From Octopus vulgaris (lineage: Eukaryota), in the NCBI GenBank assembly GCA_951406725.2, contig OX597814.1, positions 155,620,001-155,684,000 on the forward strand: a stretch of DNA of 64,000 nucleotides. Direction: 5' to 3'. Both the position numbers and the translations under genes were made by a program. Each line of letters begins with the position of its first letter. Position 1 is the stretch's first letter. A model generated the notes under the pieces. That model saw only the letters and a list, made by a program, of their open reading frames with translations, was not told the origin of the DNA and made no database searches. Shown here piece by piece: positions 27,001 to 38,331 of the stretch.

Positions 27001-27826
27001 TGGTTTCAATTGCCCTAGCAGAAGCGTAAATAATTTCATTTAACTCAGTAAAATCAGGTTTTAATTCTCGTATTATTTCATTTGTTACATAGTTGCCAAT
27101 TTGGATTTGTTTTTTATTTTGGTTTGTATTTGAGAGTTTATGAAGCGGTTCTCTATCATTCATACTTGCATGCCTTACAACTTCAAGCGTATTCAGGATT
27201 TTCTGCCTCATTTCTGCCATAGACTCTCTGTGTTCTTCAGCAAATGCGAGATCTTCAGTTACTGTTGTTTTTTCGTTTTCCTGGCTATCTTTAACAGGTA
27301 CAATAGAATTTCTTGTATCTTCAGGCCTTTGCGTACTTTGGTCAGATGGCAGTCTTTCAATTAAGCCTCGTGGCGGGCCATACTGTTCATCTGATTCTTC
27401 ATTTCCTTTGTGTCTTATATTTATGTCATTTTCCGTTGCGTGCTTGATCGCACTTATTTCACTGTCTGTGAGTCTGTTATTTCTAAAGATATCCCTCCTC
27501 ACATTTGCTAATTTGTTCTCGTCCAAATAGGGCCTACTGTCTTGATTCCGTGTTCTTCATATACTGTAAGAGTTTGCGGTGTGTCTCTCTTGAGATGGCC
27601 TACCTAATGCATAGTAATAAGCGTATATTACTTCTTTATACTCTTCTCGGGTCCATTTGTTCCGCTTACATTTTTCTTTCTGTGGTGGTTGTGGTGGTGA
27701 ACTTGGAGGGCTCGAGTTGGGGGATTTCCCGTTCAAGTGACCATCCATGTCCGTATTCGGAGAAGAGTTTGTGCCAGTTGATGACTTTTCGATCCCAGGC
27801 TGGCTCTTCCCTGGGGGACGCGCTTC
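24020..27826 (-). mobile_element. Near-full-length R4/Dong-clade non-LTR retrotransposon (family A)
   Basis: Single long ORF, short 3' UTR, (TAA)n then (GAA)n tail at 23920-24020. The 5' boundary is inferred from resumption of the flanking ORF1. Confidence 0.93.
24203..27526 (-). CDS. Retrotransposon polyprotein: reverse transcriptase, CCHC knuckle, restriction-like endonuclease (1107-aa open frame; extends upstream in frame past one TGA at 27557-27559)
   Basis: NYRPITCL, WIDYKKAFDSIPH, GIFQGDSLSPLIF, FYMDDLKLY, CRFCNDMIETVDHLISGC, RHD, KPDIVV..LIDMSIP..KLRKY. Upstream Myb-like KWTREEYKEV. Confidence 0.95.
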   Translation of the reverse strand: MDENKLANVRRDIFRNNRLTDSEISAIKHATENDINIRHKGNEESDEQYGPPRGLIERLPSDQSTQRPEDTRNSIVPVKDSQENEKTTVTEDLAFAEEHRESMAEMRQKILNTLEVVRHASMNDREPLHKLSNTNQNKKQIQIGNYVTNEIIRELKPDFTELNEIIYASARAIETSCMPPKKQRKQNLGRNQTWRSKIETEIEFMRGEISILNELICGNDVRSRTGRKMKRKFGSSPREELISIKETLKQKVQAKAQRIRRFEKRNKFYKQNKLFTSNAKKFYREIGKEKVTVKDPPPMEEVQNFWERIWSDKKTYNINADWIIQTEGSYQNLQQQAWEDITIADLRKALTKAHNWKSPGKDRVPNFWLASLPCAHGKLVQLLNGILRDPKKTPEWLASGITYLLPKNNETNLPKNYRPITCLSTTYKILTSILAEKTYAFMEKNDIFPIEQKGCRRGSYGCKDQLLINRMILENCHNKRRNLSTAWIDYKKAFDSIPHPWILRSLDIFKISPVISNFLKHNMSLWNTNLQLYHSNGVLASENININCGIFQGDSLSPLIFCIALIPLTSELNRTGYGYKIANKKISHLFYMDDLKLYGKDNNELEGLLRTVKAFSDDIGMEFGLEKCAKATFQKGKVKTTNSVVLDVDTVIRELEQEQTYKYLGINEGSGIQHASMKEKIRKECYRRVRAVLKSELNARNKVLAINSLAVPVVTYSYNVLNWNMSEVKNIDRKIRKLLSCNRMHHPKADVDRLYLPRAQGGRGLIQFELAYKTTTIGLAEYLEISNDWMLKLVENHERRKKLHSIIKESKKFAIDLVQDTQTEQTEGSTATIAAKKVKMMAMKKAHEQLADRWEEKPLHGKYVTRSKQADVDQKQTHQWLRSSGLKAESEGFILAAQDQSLLTRNYQANVMKNGADPKCRFCNDMIETVDHLISGCKVLAPVEYKLRHDRVGQYLHWLISRHYNIKTADKWYNHHPEAVTEGENVTILWDFPVHTDRTIKANKPDIVVKDQNNKVCLLIDMSIPCDHNISAKEFDKLRKYKDLLIEIEKMWHLKAVTIPVIVGALGMIKKGTENYMRMIPGLPSLQEVQKIVLTGTSHVLRRALSM

Positions 27827-28439
27827 CAGATTAACCATAGGACAAGCGATTTGGTATACTGATTTAGTTTTCCTTTTAGTTTCCAAAAACATTTTGGTGC
27901 TACGATAATGTTATCATTTTTTAGCTTTGATTGGCTCGTGGGGAGACGGCCATCATTGCCGTTACAATTATAATCGTACCATTATAGCAGCCGTAGTCGG
28001 CTTATTATTGTTATTATCTTCACCATTACCATCACTATCATCATTATCACCACCATTACCATCATCATCATCATCATCACCATCACTATCACCACCATCA
28101 TCATCAATGATATTGTTTTATGTGTAGTCACAGCAGTATCTTATTATTGTTATTTTTGTTTTTTTATCATTATCACCATCACAGTAGTGTCTGTCTGTCT
28201 CGTTGGCTGGCTCGGTGGTTGGCTGGCTGACTGTCTTCAATGCCAGAGTTCTTGCCTGTCAAGTAATACTTTCATTTCGGTTAACAATAGAGCCGAGGTG
28301 AGGTTTGTGTGTGTGTGTGTGTGTAGATAGATAGATAGAATATCAGCACTATTACTATCTTTTTTTTTTTTTTTTTTGGGGTGGGGTCAAAAAAAGTTCA
28401 GATGTTTACTACTATTAGCCTTAAGAAAAATTAAGGAAG

Positions 28440-29356
28440 GGGTGTCCTGTATTGTTGGTGAATAGAGAAGTTGTGTTCGACCAGAGAGAATCTTAGCATC
28501 ATCATTTTTTTTCCATGTGCGTTTGTGTTATTGCAATAAAAAGTGTTTGTATATTTCGTGTAAGGTAATATTGTGGAGGTTGAAGTTGACTTTTCTAGAG
28601 ATGTTTGTATGTCCAGTTAGAAGAACAGGTGTGTTTTTGCAATAAAAAGTATATGTTTACATTTATATTTGAATATTCAGGGAGGAAGCAAAGAAAAGTC
28701 AGATTTTCATAGAAAGTTTTACGGTTTTGAAAGTCCACAAAAAGAAAAGCGTGATGTTTTTAGAGAGAAGAAAAAAAAAAAGGATGTTTACAGAGGCAAT
28801 TGTGGGTATCAAAGTTTTTAAAGCTGGTCGAATGTATGATTGAAAACTGTAGATATGTAAATTTGTAAATTTTCTTAACTTATTTTGAAGGGCTGTTCTG
28901 TATTATTTGTGAATAGAGAAGCTGTGTTCGACCAGAGAGAATCTTAGCATCATTATTTTTTCCATGTGCGTTTGTGTTATTGCAATAAAAAGTGTTTGTA
29001 TATTTCGTGCAAGGTAATATTGTGGAGGTTGAAGTTGACCCCTCTAGAGATGTTTGTATGTCCAGTTAGAAGAACAGGTGTGTTTTTGCAATAAAAAGTA
29101 TATGTTTACATTTATATTTGAATATTCTGGGAGGAAGCAAAGAAAAGTCAGATATTCATAGAAAGTTTTAGGGTTTTGCAAGTCTACAAAAAGAAAAAAA
29201 GAAAAGCGTGATGTTTTTAGAGAAAAGAAAAAAAAAGAAACAAAAAAGGGTGCTTACAGAGGCAGTTGTGGGTATTAAAGTTTTTAAAGCCGATCGGATT
29301 TATGTTTGAAAGCTGTAGATACGTACATTTGTAAATTTCTTAACCCACTTTGAAGA
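28440..29356. repeat. Tandem dimer of an approximately 450-bp unit
   Basis: GTGAATAGAGAAG(T/C)TGTGTTCGACCAGAGAGAATCTTAGC recurs at about 28458 and 28909, with colinear downstream sequence. Confidence 0.93.
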
Positions 29357-29359
29357 GAA

Positions 29360-29543
29360 TTTCAAATACTCACGAGGTATTGTAGATGTTCCAGTCTTTG
29401 AGAGTTATTTTTCCCCGTTGCTAAACTGGCCCATATTAGTGTTTCTATGGCTTTCGGCCACCGAACTGTCAGAGCAGTGAGGAACACGTCCAGCCGCTGT
29501 CAAGGCTGGTGCTTCTCTCCTGTCAAGGCTGGTGCTTCTCTCC
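29360..29543 (-). mobile_element. Probable 5' end of a (TAA)n-inserted retroelement with duplicated terminal 23-mer
   Basis: TGTCAAGGCTGGTGCTTCTCTCC x2 (29498-29543) abuts a (TTA)n tract; GC-rich, hairpin-forming sequence. Confidence 0.45.
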
Positions 29544-29676
<133 letters not shown>

Positions 29677-29679
29677 TAC

Positions 29680-29730
<51 letters not shown>

Positions 29731-29731
<1 letters not shown>

Positions 29732-30000
29732 TATTGCCTTTGCGCAGCTTCTAACGCTGTTCACTACCAGTGAACTAAGGTAGCACCCCTTATTTTTCGA
29801 CCACCATCCGGTTCATTCGAGCGATTCCAAGCAGTGCTGTTTTCTGCAAGTGCTCCACTCTTATTGCAGCCCCTACATGTTCCATGTAATTCTCAAGACT
29901 TTTAATCACTATTCACATGGCCCCGATAATTACTGGTACTACCATCACTTTTTTCATCGACTACGACTGCTTAACCTCCCAAGCTAACCTGTCATATCAT
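29731..30000 (-). mobile_element. Dong family C 3' fragment
   Basis: VVPVIIGAM...EHLQKTALLG and 3' UTR GGGTGCTACCTTAGTTCACTGGTAGTGA match 60421-60775; (TAA)n tail. Confidence 0.85.
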
Positions 30001-30962
30001 CTCAGTGATCAGTGAATGCATTTTTTAACCATTAGTATCAATTTCGGTTTCAAACACGGAAACAGTCGTACTCACTGTGATGTTTATACTTTTACATGGC
30101 TAGAGATTGAATGAAAAGTGATGGGGAAGTATAGTTTGGAAGAATCAATTATTTCGATTATTTCGATCAAATCGGGATCTTCTCAACTGGAATGACACAT
30201 CATTGATCATGGATGTGAATGGCATTAGTGTTCTAAGAATCTGGCAACATTATCACAAACTTCCGCTAAATATTGTTAGCAGGAGTTTGCTAGGATATTT
30301 TAGATGCACTTGTGATGTACAAGAGGATAAGTGGTGAAACCCATTTTGAACTATTCTGTAAGGTCCACCAGAAACAGTGTTGAAGATGCAGAGAGAGACA
30401 TATAGTGTTGCCGAACATTTTAGGAGAGAAGTTACAACAGTTGTAAGAGGTGAAATGTACTCTTCCCGAAATGGCAAGTCAATAAATTTTCCTGTGAGAT
30501 GAGTCAAGAAAGCGAATATAATTGGAGCAGGCTTTGTTGAATTTTCCGGTGGAGTGCCTTTCCCAAGTTGAGGCCCCAAATTATCGCTATTGCATGCTTT
30601 CTCTTTGCATGTTTTGAAGCACCGAGATTACATAATAGGTTAATACCTCCATTCTGTATCGTTACTTGGTTTTTGCATTTCTGTAATCTTGCGCGCGTCA
30701 AAATATGTGTAACCCATTTGAATTTTCTACTTCCCTGGCTATGAATATTGCATTAGTTTCTATATTATTTTGCTTAGCCGCAGGTAAAACAGTTATTATT
30801 TTATAGGTTGTTGGTTTAGCTTAGAGTGAAACTTTTGTGTTTTTGTTTAACAAAATTGCTGTCGTTATTTATATGACGACGGATTATATGATTTAGTAAT
30901 TTAGGAAAAGTGATTTTAGTTACATTTTTGTTGCTATTTTCTCTTTAATACTATAGTAATTA

Positions 30963-33776
30963 CACTGGTCAACACGAATTTTGGTGCCAAGAAACAAAAC
31001 ACGTTTTTAGATAATTTGAAGGTGCTGATTCCGAAAACGACCTTTGTATTTCATGGTTAGCTAGCGTTTTTGCTGTACTGAAACTGCACATTTTTTATAA
31101 AAAAGATCAATTTACCATCTTGGCCGATCGCAAAATTTAATTTAAAAAGGTATTAGAAACGCATGAATTTTCAGGTGGGCCGAGTAGTTTATGTCAGCTA
31201 CTTGAAATAAACTATTTTTCAAAGAAAAAAGTGTTTTTGAGTCAAAACATTTAAAATAGAAGTGCCAAATTTTTCCAATTTACTGCAAAAATTTAAATTA
31301 GCTGATAAACTTTATCAGTAATACAGTTTAGTAAACCTGATAATTAAGGTGACATAAAAAAGGAATCCCTAAAATCTTCTGTTGGATATTCATAAATGTA
31401 TCTCATCACTTTTAACCCTTCAATACGGAAGGAAACCAAATACATTCAGAGCTTTTGTTTTCACAGTTAGAAAAAAAAAACTCCAACTAAAAACAACCCA
31501 ATTGAATGCACCTAATCAATTGTACATGATGAGCATCATGAAAATGGTTTCATCACAAGATCTGCTCTCCACCCGGGATTACGAAGATATGAAGTAGAAT
31601 CCGCGTAACGACTCTTTCCGTTTTTTGTTATTGACAGTTTCAGGAGTGTTTGCGTAGGACATTGGGAAAGATAAATTACCTAAATTTGAACACGCAAAGT
31701 TTAATGTAAATGCTCGACCAACTCATGTTCTTTCTTAATCATAGAGATAGATATCAAATGACATGGGTTCAACAAGAGAATACAAAATGATCCCAACTTA
31801 TTTTGCTATACATGCGGCGAGTTCATACCGAAAGCCAACAGGAAACTGATATATGACTTTTACAAGAAAGCCTATCGTGCTTACTTTCACGTCGAGCTTG
31901 GTGATCAGGACAAATTATGGTCCCCTCACATTGTTTGCAAAACATGTTTGGAACACATGAGACAGTGGACTTCAGGTACCCGAAAATAGCTGAGATTCGC
32001 TATTCCTATGATCTGGCGTGAATCAAAGAACCCCTCTGACGAATGTTACTTCTGTTCAGTCAGTGTTGCGGGACTGACAATTGACTATCCCAGTCTTCAT
32101 TCCGCTATTCGACCAGTGTCGCATTCAGATCATTTGCCAATCCCAATTTTTCACGATAATTTGTTGAAACTTGTTGAAAGTGACGAGTCTGATACTGATG
32201 TAAATGACAGACACAGTAAAAACAATCCTGACTATGAGCCGTTTAATCAAAATAAGTTGAATGATTTGGTTCGAGACTTAAATCTAAGCAAAGAATGAGC
32301 AGAACTTTTGATCTCTAGGCTCAACGAAAAACACCTATTAGCAAAAGGCACAAATGTAACATTCTATCAAAATAGAGATGCTGAATTTGTACCATTCTTT
32401 AATGAGAACACGGATCTTGTTCCCTGCAGTGATGTTGAGAGCGTTCTTCTTCGACTAGGCGTCCACAAGTATGATCGTGATGAATGGAGATTGTTCATTG
32501 ATAGCTCAAAACGTAGTTTGAAATGTGTTTTGCTCTATAATACCAACATGAGGTTGGTATTATTAACTATAGGTTATTAAACAACACTGAAAGAAAAGCA
32601 TGATGCCATCAAACAGGTTATGAAACAGATTGACTACACCAAACATAAATGGGTGTTATGTATCGATTTGAAAATGGTAAATTTCCTGCTTGGTCAACAA
32701 AGTGGCTACACGAAATTCCCATGTTTATTGTGTATGTGGGACAGTAGCTCAAAAGAGGAGCATTGGAAAAGGAAAGTTTGGTCACCCCTAGAGTTGAAGG
32801 TCAGTGAAAATAACGTTATAAGTGCAACGCTAGTTCCGAAAGAAAAGCATCATCTTCCCTCCTTTGCATATCAAATTGGGAATAATGAAACAGTATGTAA
32901 AATCATTCGACAAAGAAAGTAAATGTTTTGAGTACAAATATAAGTCGTTTCCAGGACTTAGCACCGAAAAACTCAAAACAGGAGTGTTTGATGGTCATGA
33001 TAACAGGAAACACATTACGGATGAGGAATTTCTTAATTCAATGAATGACTTGGAATTATGCGCTTGGACATCGTTTGTTGATGTGGCAATTGCCGGGCCG
33101 AAAACTACAAAGAGTTAGTGGAAAAGCTGTTGAAGGGTCTAATATGAATATGAAGGTTCATTTTTTACAATCCATGTAGATAAATTTCCGGATAATCACG
33201 GTGATGTGAGTGATGAGAACGATTCCACCAGGATATCAAAACAATGGAAGAGTGCTATAAGGGACGGTGGGACAAACGAATGATTGCTGACTACTGCTGG
33301 AGTATCAAAAGGGACTTAATTAACATTGAACATTATAGACAATCAAGAAAGAGAATTTTTTTGCCATAATTCTTATATTCACGAAGGCTTTATTTCTACT
33401 GTTAGTTTATTCAATGACTTGATGAAAATACCTGGTCTGGGTATATTCAATCGTGTTAGTTTCAAAACTTTGGGGTCTGATTGTTGTTGTAGAAATAGTA
33501 TTTCTCAATAAGGAGACCAATATTTGTTGGTTTAAATACGAATTGAGAGGTTTCTACGATTTTACTTTGAGAAATATTGCCATCGATCAATATCAAATAT
33601 ACAAAAAAATAATTGAAAAATATGCTTTTTTTCCAAAAATGAAGCATTTATGTACAGCAAAAACGGTAGCTAACCAAGAAAAAGTGAGGTCATTTTCAGA
33701 TTCAGCGCCTTCAAATTAGCTAAAAAGATGTTTGATGTCTCGACACCATTTCAAATTTTTTTTTTGTTGACTAGTG
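30963..33776 (+). mobile_element. Chapaev3-like (CMC superfamily) DNA transposon, full length, decayed
   Basis: Termini CACTGGTCAACA and TGTTGACTAGTG, TTA on both sides, imperfect TIR of more than 100 bp (TTTGAAGGTGCTGATTCCGAAAACGACC vs GGTCATTTTCAGATTCAGCGCCTTCAAA). Confidence 0.85.
31763..33330 (+). pseudogene. Chapaev3-like transposase pseudogene
   Basis: FCYTCGEF, LGDQDKLWSPHIVCKTC, WRE..DECYFC, WRLFIDSSKRSLKCVLL, DLKMVNFLLGQQSGYTKFPCLLCMWDS, HIKLGIMKQYVK, RFHQDIKTMEE..GRWDKRMIADYCW; several stops and frameshifts. Confidence 0.85.
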
Positions 33777-34119
33777 TTAGCCTTTCCATTTTCATATTTT
33801 TGCGTTTTTCTTGCTGATTTCATAAAATATTGAGAAATTGTTTCTTTCATTTCCATGCTTGTTTGCTGCATTTTATCCTTGTGTTCGTATGTTCAGCAAA
33901 TTTTCAGGAGGTCCTCAATTTTCCAATATGCCCACTGAGATTTCGGCATACAGAATATTTAATATATTTCGTTGATACTGTAGTGTGCCCTTTTTTCTGT
34001 AGGTCTACTATGATATAGTTTGCATGTTTAAGTATTGATACAATTTTGTCGATCATGATCACATGGGAATATCGCTCATTGATATGAATTTTTAAATATT
34101 TTAATTCGTTCTATCTTAT

Positions 34120-34270
34120 GCAAACATCTCTAAAAATACCAGTTCTCGTCCGATCACCGAAGTTAATTCGCAAACGAGTAACCGTGTACGAAACTTAAGT
34201 GCCGTAAGCAAAACCTTAATGACGGTGTCCAGCATGTCCACAGCCCTTTCGATCAAACCAGTAAAAACTT
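34120..34270 (+). mobile_element. 5S rRNA-derived SINE (SINE3-like), decayed
   Basis: AAAATACCAGTTCTCGTCCGATCACCGAAGTTAA and GTGCCGTAAGC match metazoan 5S rRNA segments; followed by GACGGTGTCCAGCATGTCCACAGCC, the LINE/SINE tail. Confidence 0.65.
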
Positions 34271-36721
34271 TGTCGCCCAGGATCCTTGGCCCATCAGCTA
34301 CTGTCATAGTTTTGTTGATGTCGTTCTACTTCGATTTTTTAAAGTTTATAATTTGTAGAGTATTGTGATTTGAATTTTCTTGTTTCAGTACTTGTTTTGC
34401 TCTGAATATTCTGGCAGTTACATTTCAGTTTTATGCTCTAAGCCTTTATGGTTTTTATGGTTTTCCTCATCAGTTAATTTGGTGCTTGATTGTTATTTCT
34501 TTATATATTTTATAATGTATTCTTACATTTTGTTGAAAAACTTTCAAACGCATCTGATATGAAATCATTGAAAACAAGATCTTAGTATCCATATCATCTC
34601 ATTTGTATTCTATATGTTAGCGAAGATATGGCATATTTTATTACTAGATAAGGTATTAAGAATATTACATAGAACGATGCATGTTTAAAGTATAATAAGA
34701 GCTTTCTGAGACTCACTGATATATATAACTTTTGCAAATATTATCTATTTCTTCTCTATCAATCAGTCCATTAATCAATATTTCTTTATAAGTATATGTG
34801 ATGAGTCATGCTTCAAGATTTCTTATTTCGAATGTGTGTACGTCCATTAGTGTGTAGAATGTAAAGTAAACATAGGATAGTAGTACGTTTTGAAAGATAC
34901 ATGGATCTGAGGATAAATTTCTATATATATATCACAAAATTTGCTATTTTAGATGTTAATCACGCCTCAAAAGTTCTCTGATGATCATTTATTTCATCGT
35001 ATAGGAGAATTTATGTCGTGTTGAAATCGCAAGGTTTCTGGTACATCCATCAATTCATGCTTTATTAATAATATTTGTTTCTATTCGTGATGTAAAATAA
35101 ATACATGACATGTAGAGAAAAAAAGGATTCAACATAAAATCTAGAATGGATTAAGATAGAAAGCAAAGCGATTGAGAAGACAAAATAATAAGTAGACAAA
35201 CTGAAGGGAAGAAAAAAGTGCGACTAGAAATAAACACTTGAATTATAAATAAAGTAAACAAGAGCTTTTATTTGACAATGAACCAAATTCTTACGTGCTA
35301 AAGGTTGTGGAAAACAAAATTGCGGTAGCCGTGACTTCCCAAATGGTTTGGAAATGTGAAAAAGAAAAAAGGAAAAATTAGAGAAATGAACAAAAAAAGC
35401 ACGTCTTTGGCTGAAATGGTTTTATATTTTCCATAAAACTACGAATATTTTTGTAAAGACTAAATAATATAAATAGAAAGGAAGTTCCTGGCAAATATAT
35501 TCGCAGTTGACGGAAGTTACTTTCCGACTTTATAGTGTCAATAAAATAAGAACTAATCATGAATAAAATTGAAAATAATCAACTTCGGCCTTTCCCATTA
35601 CAAATTGTTATTGTTGCGTCTAGTTATAAAAAATCAATTCTTAAAAACATAAAGCTATCAACCAGGAATAATCGCTATTATTGTAAGAAACAACACTTTA
35701 GAATTTATAGTATGCCAGGATTATAATAGCTTACTATAGTGAAAATGTACTTTTGATTCTATAGGCCTATAAAATAGACTGTTTCAAAGCACTTGACCTG
35801 ACTTCAGTTTTCTAAAGAAGCTCGTTACGTCCTCATTCTTTATCACATTTTTGTGCTAGCATCATATCAAAAAATAACCCTGGCGTCATTTGGATGTTCT
35901 ATAGAATATTAAACTCACATTTCTCTCTTACTTCTGCTTTCTTTGTCTGAAGAAAATGGCATTTCTGTAATGTTTCTTTTATCGCAAATAATAAGGTTTT
36001 CTACTATCACATTTCTTCCACATAGAATGACGACAATATTCACGAAATATAACTGATTTGCAAGTTTACTTTTTATTAATTCAAACGTGTAGCTGATAAT
36101 TAAAATTTGCAGGTAATTAGGAAATGTAAACACACCCAGGTTTAGATGGATGCGTATTAGTTAATTCTAAAGTATTTCTGATAGAAAGCATAAACAAGAA
36201 GATTGAATTGACATCAAAACACGACTTCTGTTCTGAAGAACATCATTCAAACAGAAAATGATTTAGCACAATAGCTGTGTGGGAGTTGCGCAAATGGTGT
36301 GAATGTAAATTACAAGTAGACTGAACTGAAATATTTTCTTCAAAGAATGGTGAGATTCTGTTTGAAGAAATTTTCTATTTGCATTGTTCAAAAGAAAGAA
36401 GAGTTTTCGTTGAATGATTTAATTTAGTCATCTAACATGATTTCCGGATAGTACAATCTATTGGAATCCTCTTTCAAGTAAAACACCATAAATTACACGT
36501 TCTTCCATTCGTCTGAATCGGTTGCTCTATCTCTGGTATTCGCATGCAGCAACGCACACACACACACACACACTCACGCCCCCACGCACAGAGAAATACG
36601 AGACAGAAACACACATACACAAACATACATATATATAGATAATATATAGATATTTGCAAATTTGCAGATAAGCATCAATGGATGTTAACCTATACATAGA
36701 CACATACTTGCATAAATGCAT

Positions 36722-36771
<50 letters not shown>

Positions 36772-37036
36772 CCATGTAAATATACGATTACTGGCTATTA
36801 GATGCTTTGTCGCAGTCAGGTTGAAAACTATGTATGGTACCGTTATTTGTAAATGTTTACTGGTGAAAATATATGCACAATATTTTGCCATTGTTTTGCA
36901 AATTTAAGAATGTTCGCGTGTAACACAACTGCATTTGTTTACCCTGATTTTCCAATGAACAGAGAAGAACCTCTCTCTCCTTAGAATTATTTATGGAAGT
37001 AGTTTCTCATGCGTATATCCTCCATAAATGAAACTA

Positions 37037-38331
37037 TTAGGTCATCAAGTATGAAATTTGTAGTAAGGTATATGGTAAACTTTTACAGCTCTCATTTTGC
37101 TCCATTATTATATTTTGACAATCAATTTTTATCTTTTGTTAGAAAACTGACTCATCTATTCCTTTATTCTTACTCATTTTGCACTTTCTAAAGTATTTAT
37201 AAATCGTTTTTGCTTTTTTATTTGGAGATAAGATAAGTCATAAATTCGTAGAGTTTTGAAATACGAGTTCTTTCTTGGAAATACAGCATCATAGATTGCT
37301 CGGAATATTAATAGAATATTTCATTCTAATGTTATTGCACAGCGGACAGTATCAAATTGGTTTGCAAAATTTCGTTCTGGTAACTTTAACATCACAAATG
37401 AGCGACGCAGTCGACCAGAAACAAAGCTGGATAATGACGAACTGAAAGCCACTGTCGAGTCAGATCCATCTCAAAGTGCCTGTGAATTATCATTGTTTTT
37501 TGGTGTTAGCAAGTAAACAATATTGACTCACCTACTTCAAATCGGTAAAGGAAAAAATTTGGGTAAGAGGGTTCCACATGAACTTAATGAAAATCATAAA
37601 CAGCAACGTTTGGAAGCCTGCATTATGCTACATTTTCGTCACAAAATTGAAGCATTTTTGAATGGAATTGTAACATGTGATGAGAAATGGACCCAATACA
37701 ACAACTTTAAACGTTCAGCACAATGGTTGGACAAAGACCAGCCACCAAAACACAGTCCAAATGCAAAATCCATCAAAAGAAGCTGATGGAGTGTGTTTCA
37801 TGGTCTGGTGCAGGTGTGATCCATTATGATTTCATTAAACCTGGCTCTTCAATCACTGCCAAAGTATATTGCAGCCAACTGGATCAAATGATGCAGAAAC
37901 TTACAAAAAATAAAAACACCCTAGATTAATCAACAGATCCACTGCTAATTTAGTGCAAGACAACACCAGACCACACATCGCAAAAATGACATTGGCGAAA
38001 CTACAGGAGTTGGAGTTAGAAGTTCTCCATCATCCACCATACTTACCTGATCTCGCCCCCTCTGATTACCACTTCTTTCAGAATTTGGATAACGTTTTGA
38101 TAGGAAATTTTTAAAAATTCCGACGACACTGTGAAACAGGCTTTCCAAAGATTTTATTGACTCTAGATTACCAGGCTTTTACAGTTCCGAGTTGTACTAG
38201 CTACCGTTGTAATGGCTAAAGTGTATTGACAATATGGGCGCATACTTTGATGAATAAAACTTTTCCTTTTATTTATAAAATATTAGTAAACTTTTCTTTC
38301 TTTTCTACAAATTTCATATTTGATGACTTAT
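37037..38331 (+). mobile_element. Full-length defective mariner (D,D34D type), about 1.3 kb
   Basis: TIRs TTAGGTCATCAAGTATGAAATTTGTAG and CTACAAATTTCATATTTGATGACTTAT. Motifs RVPHEL, IVTCDEKW, QDNTRPH, HPPYLPDLAPSDYHFF. Confidence 0.92.

Noticed and set aside
30010-30760. Possible decayed LINE endonuclease on the minus strand
   Set aside because: Motifs are too degenerate to assign by eye; BLASTX is needed.
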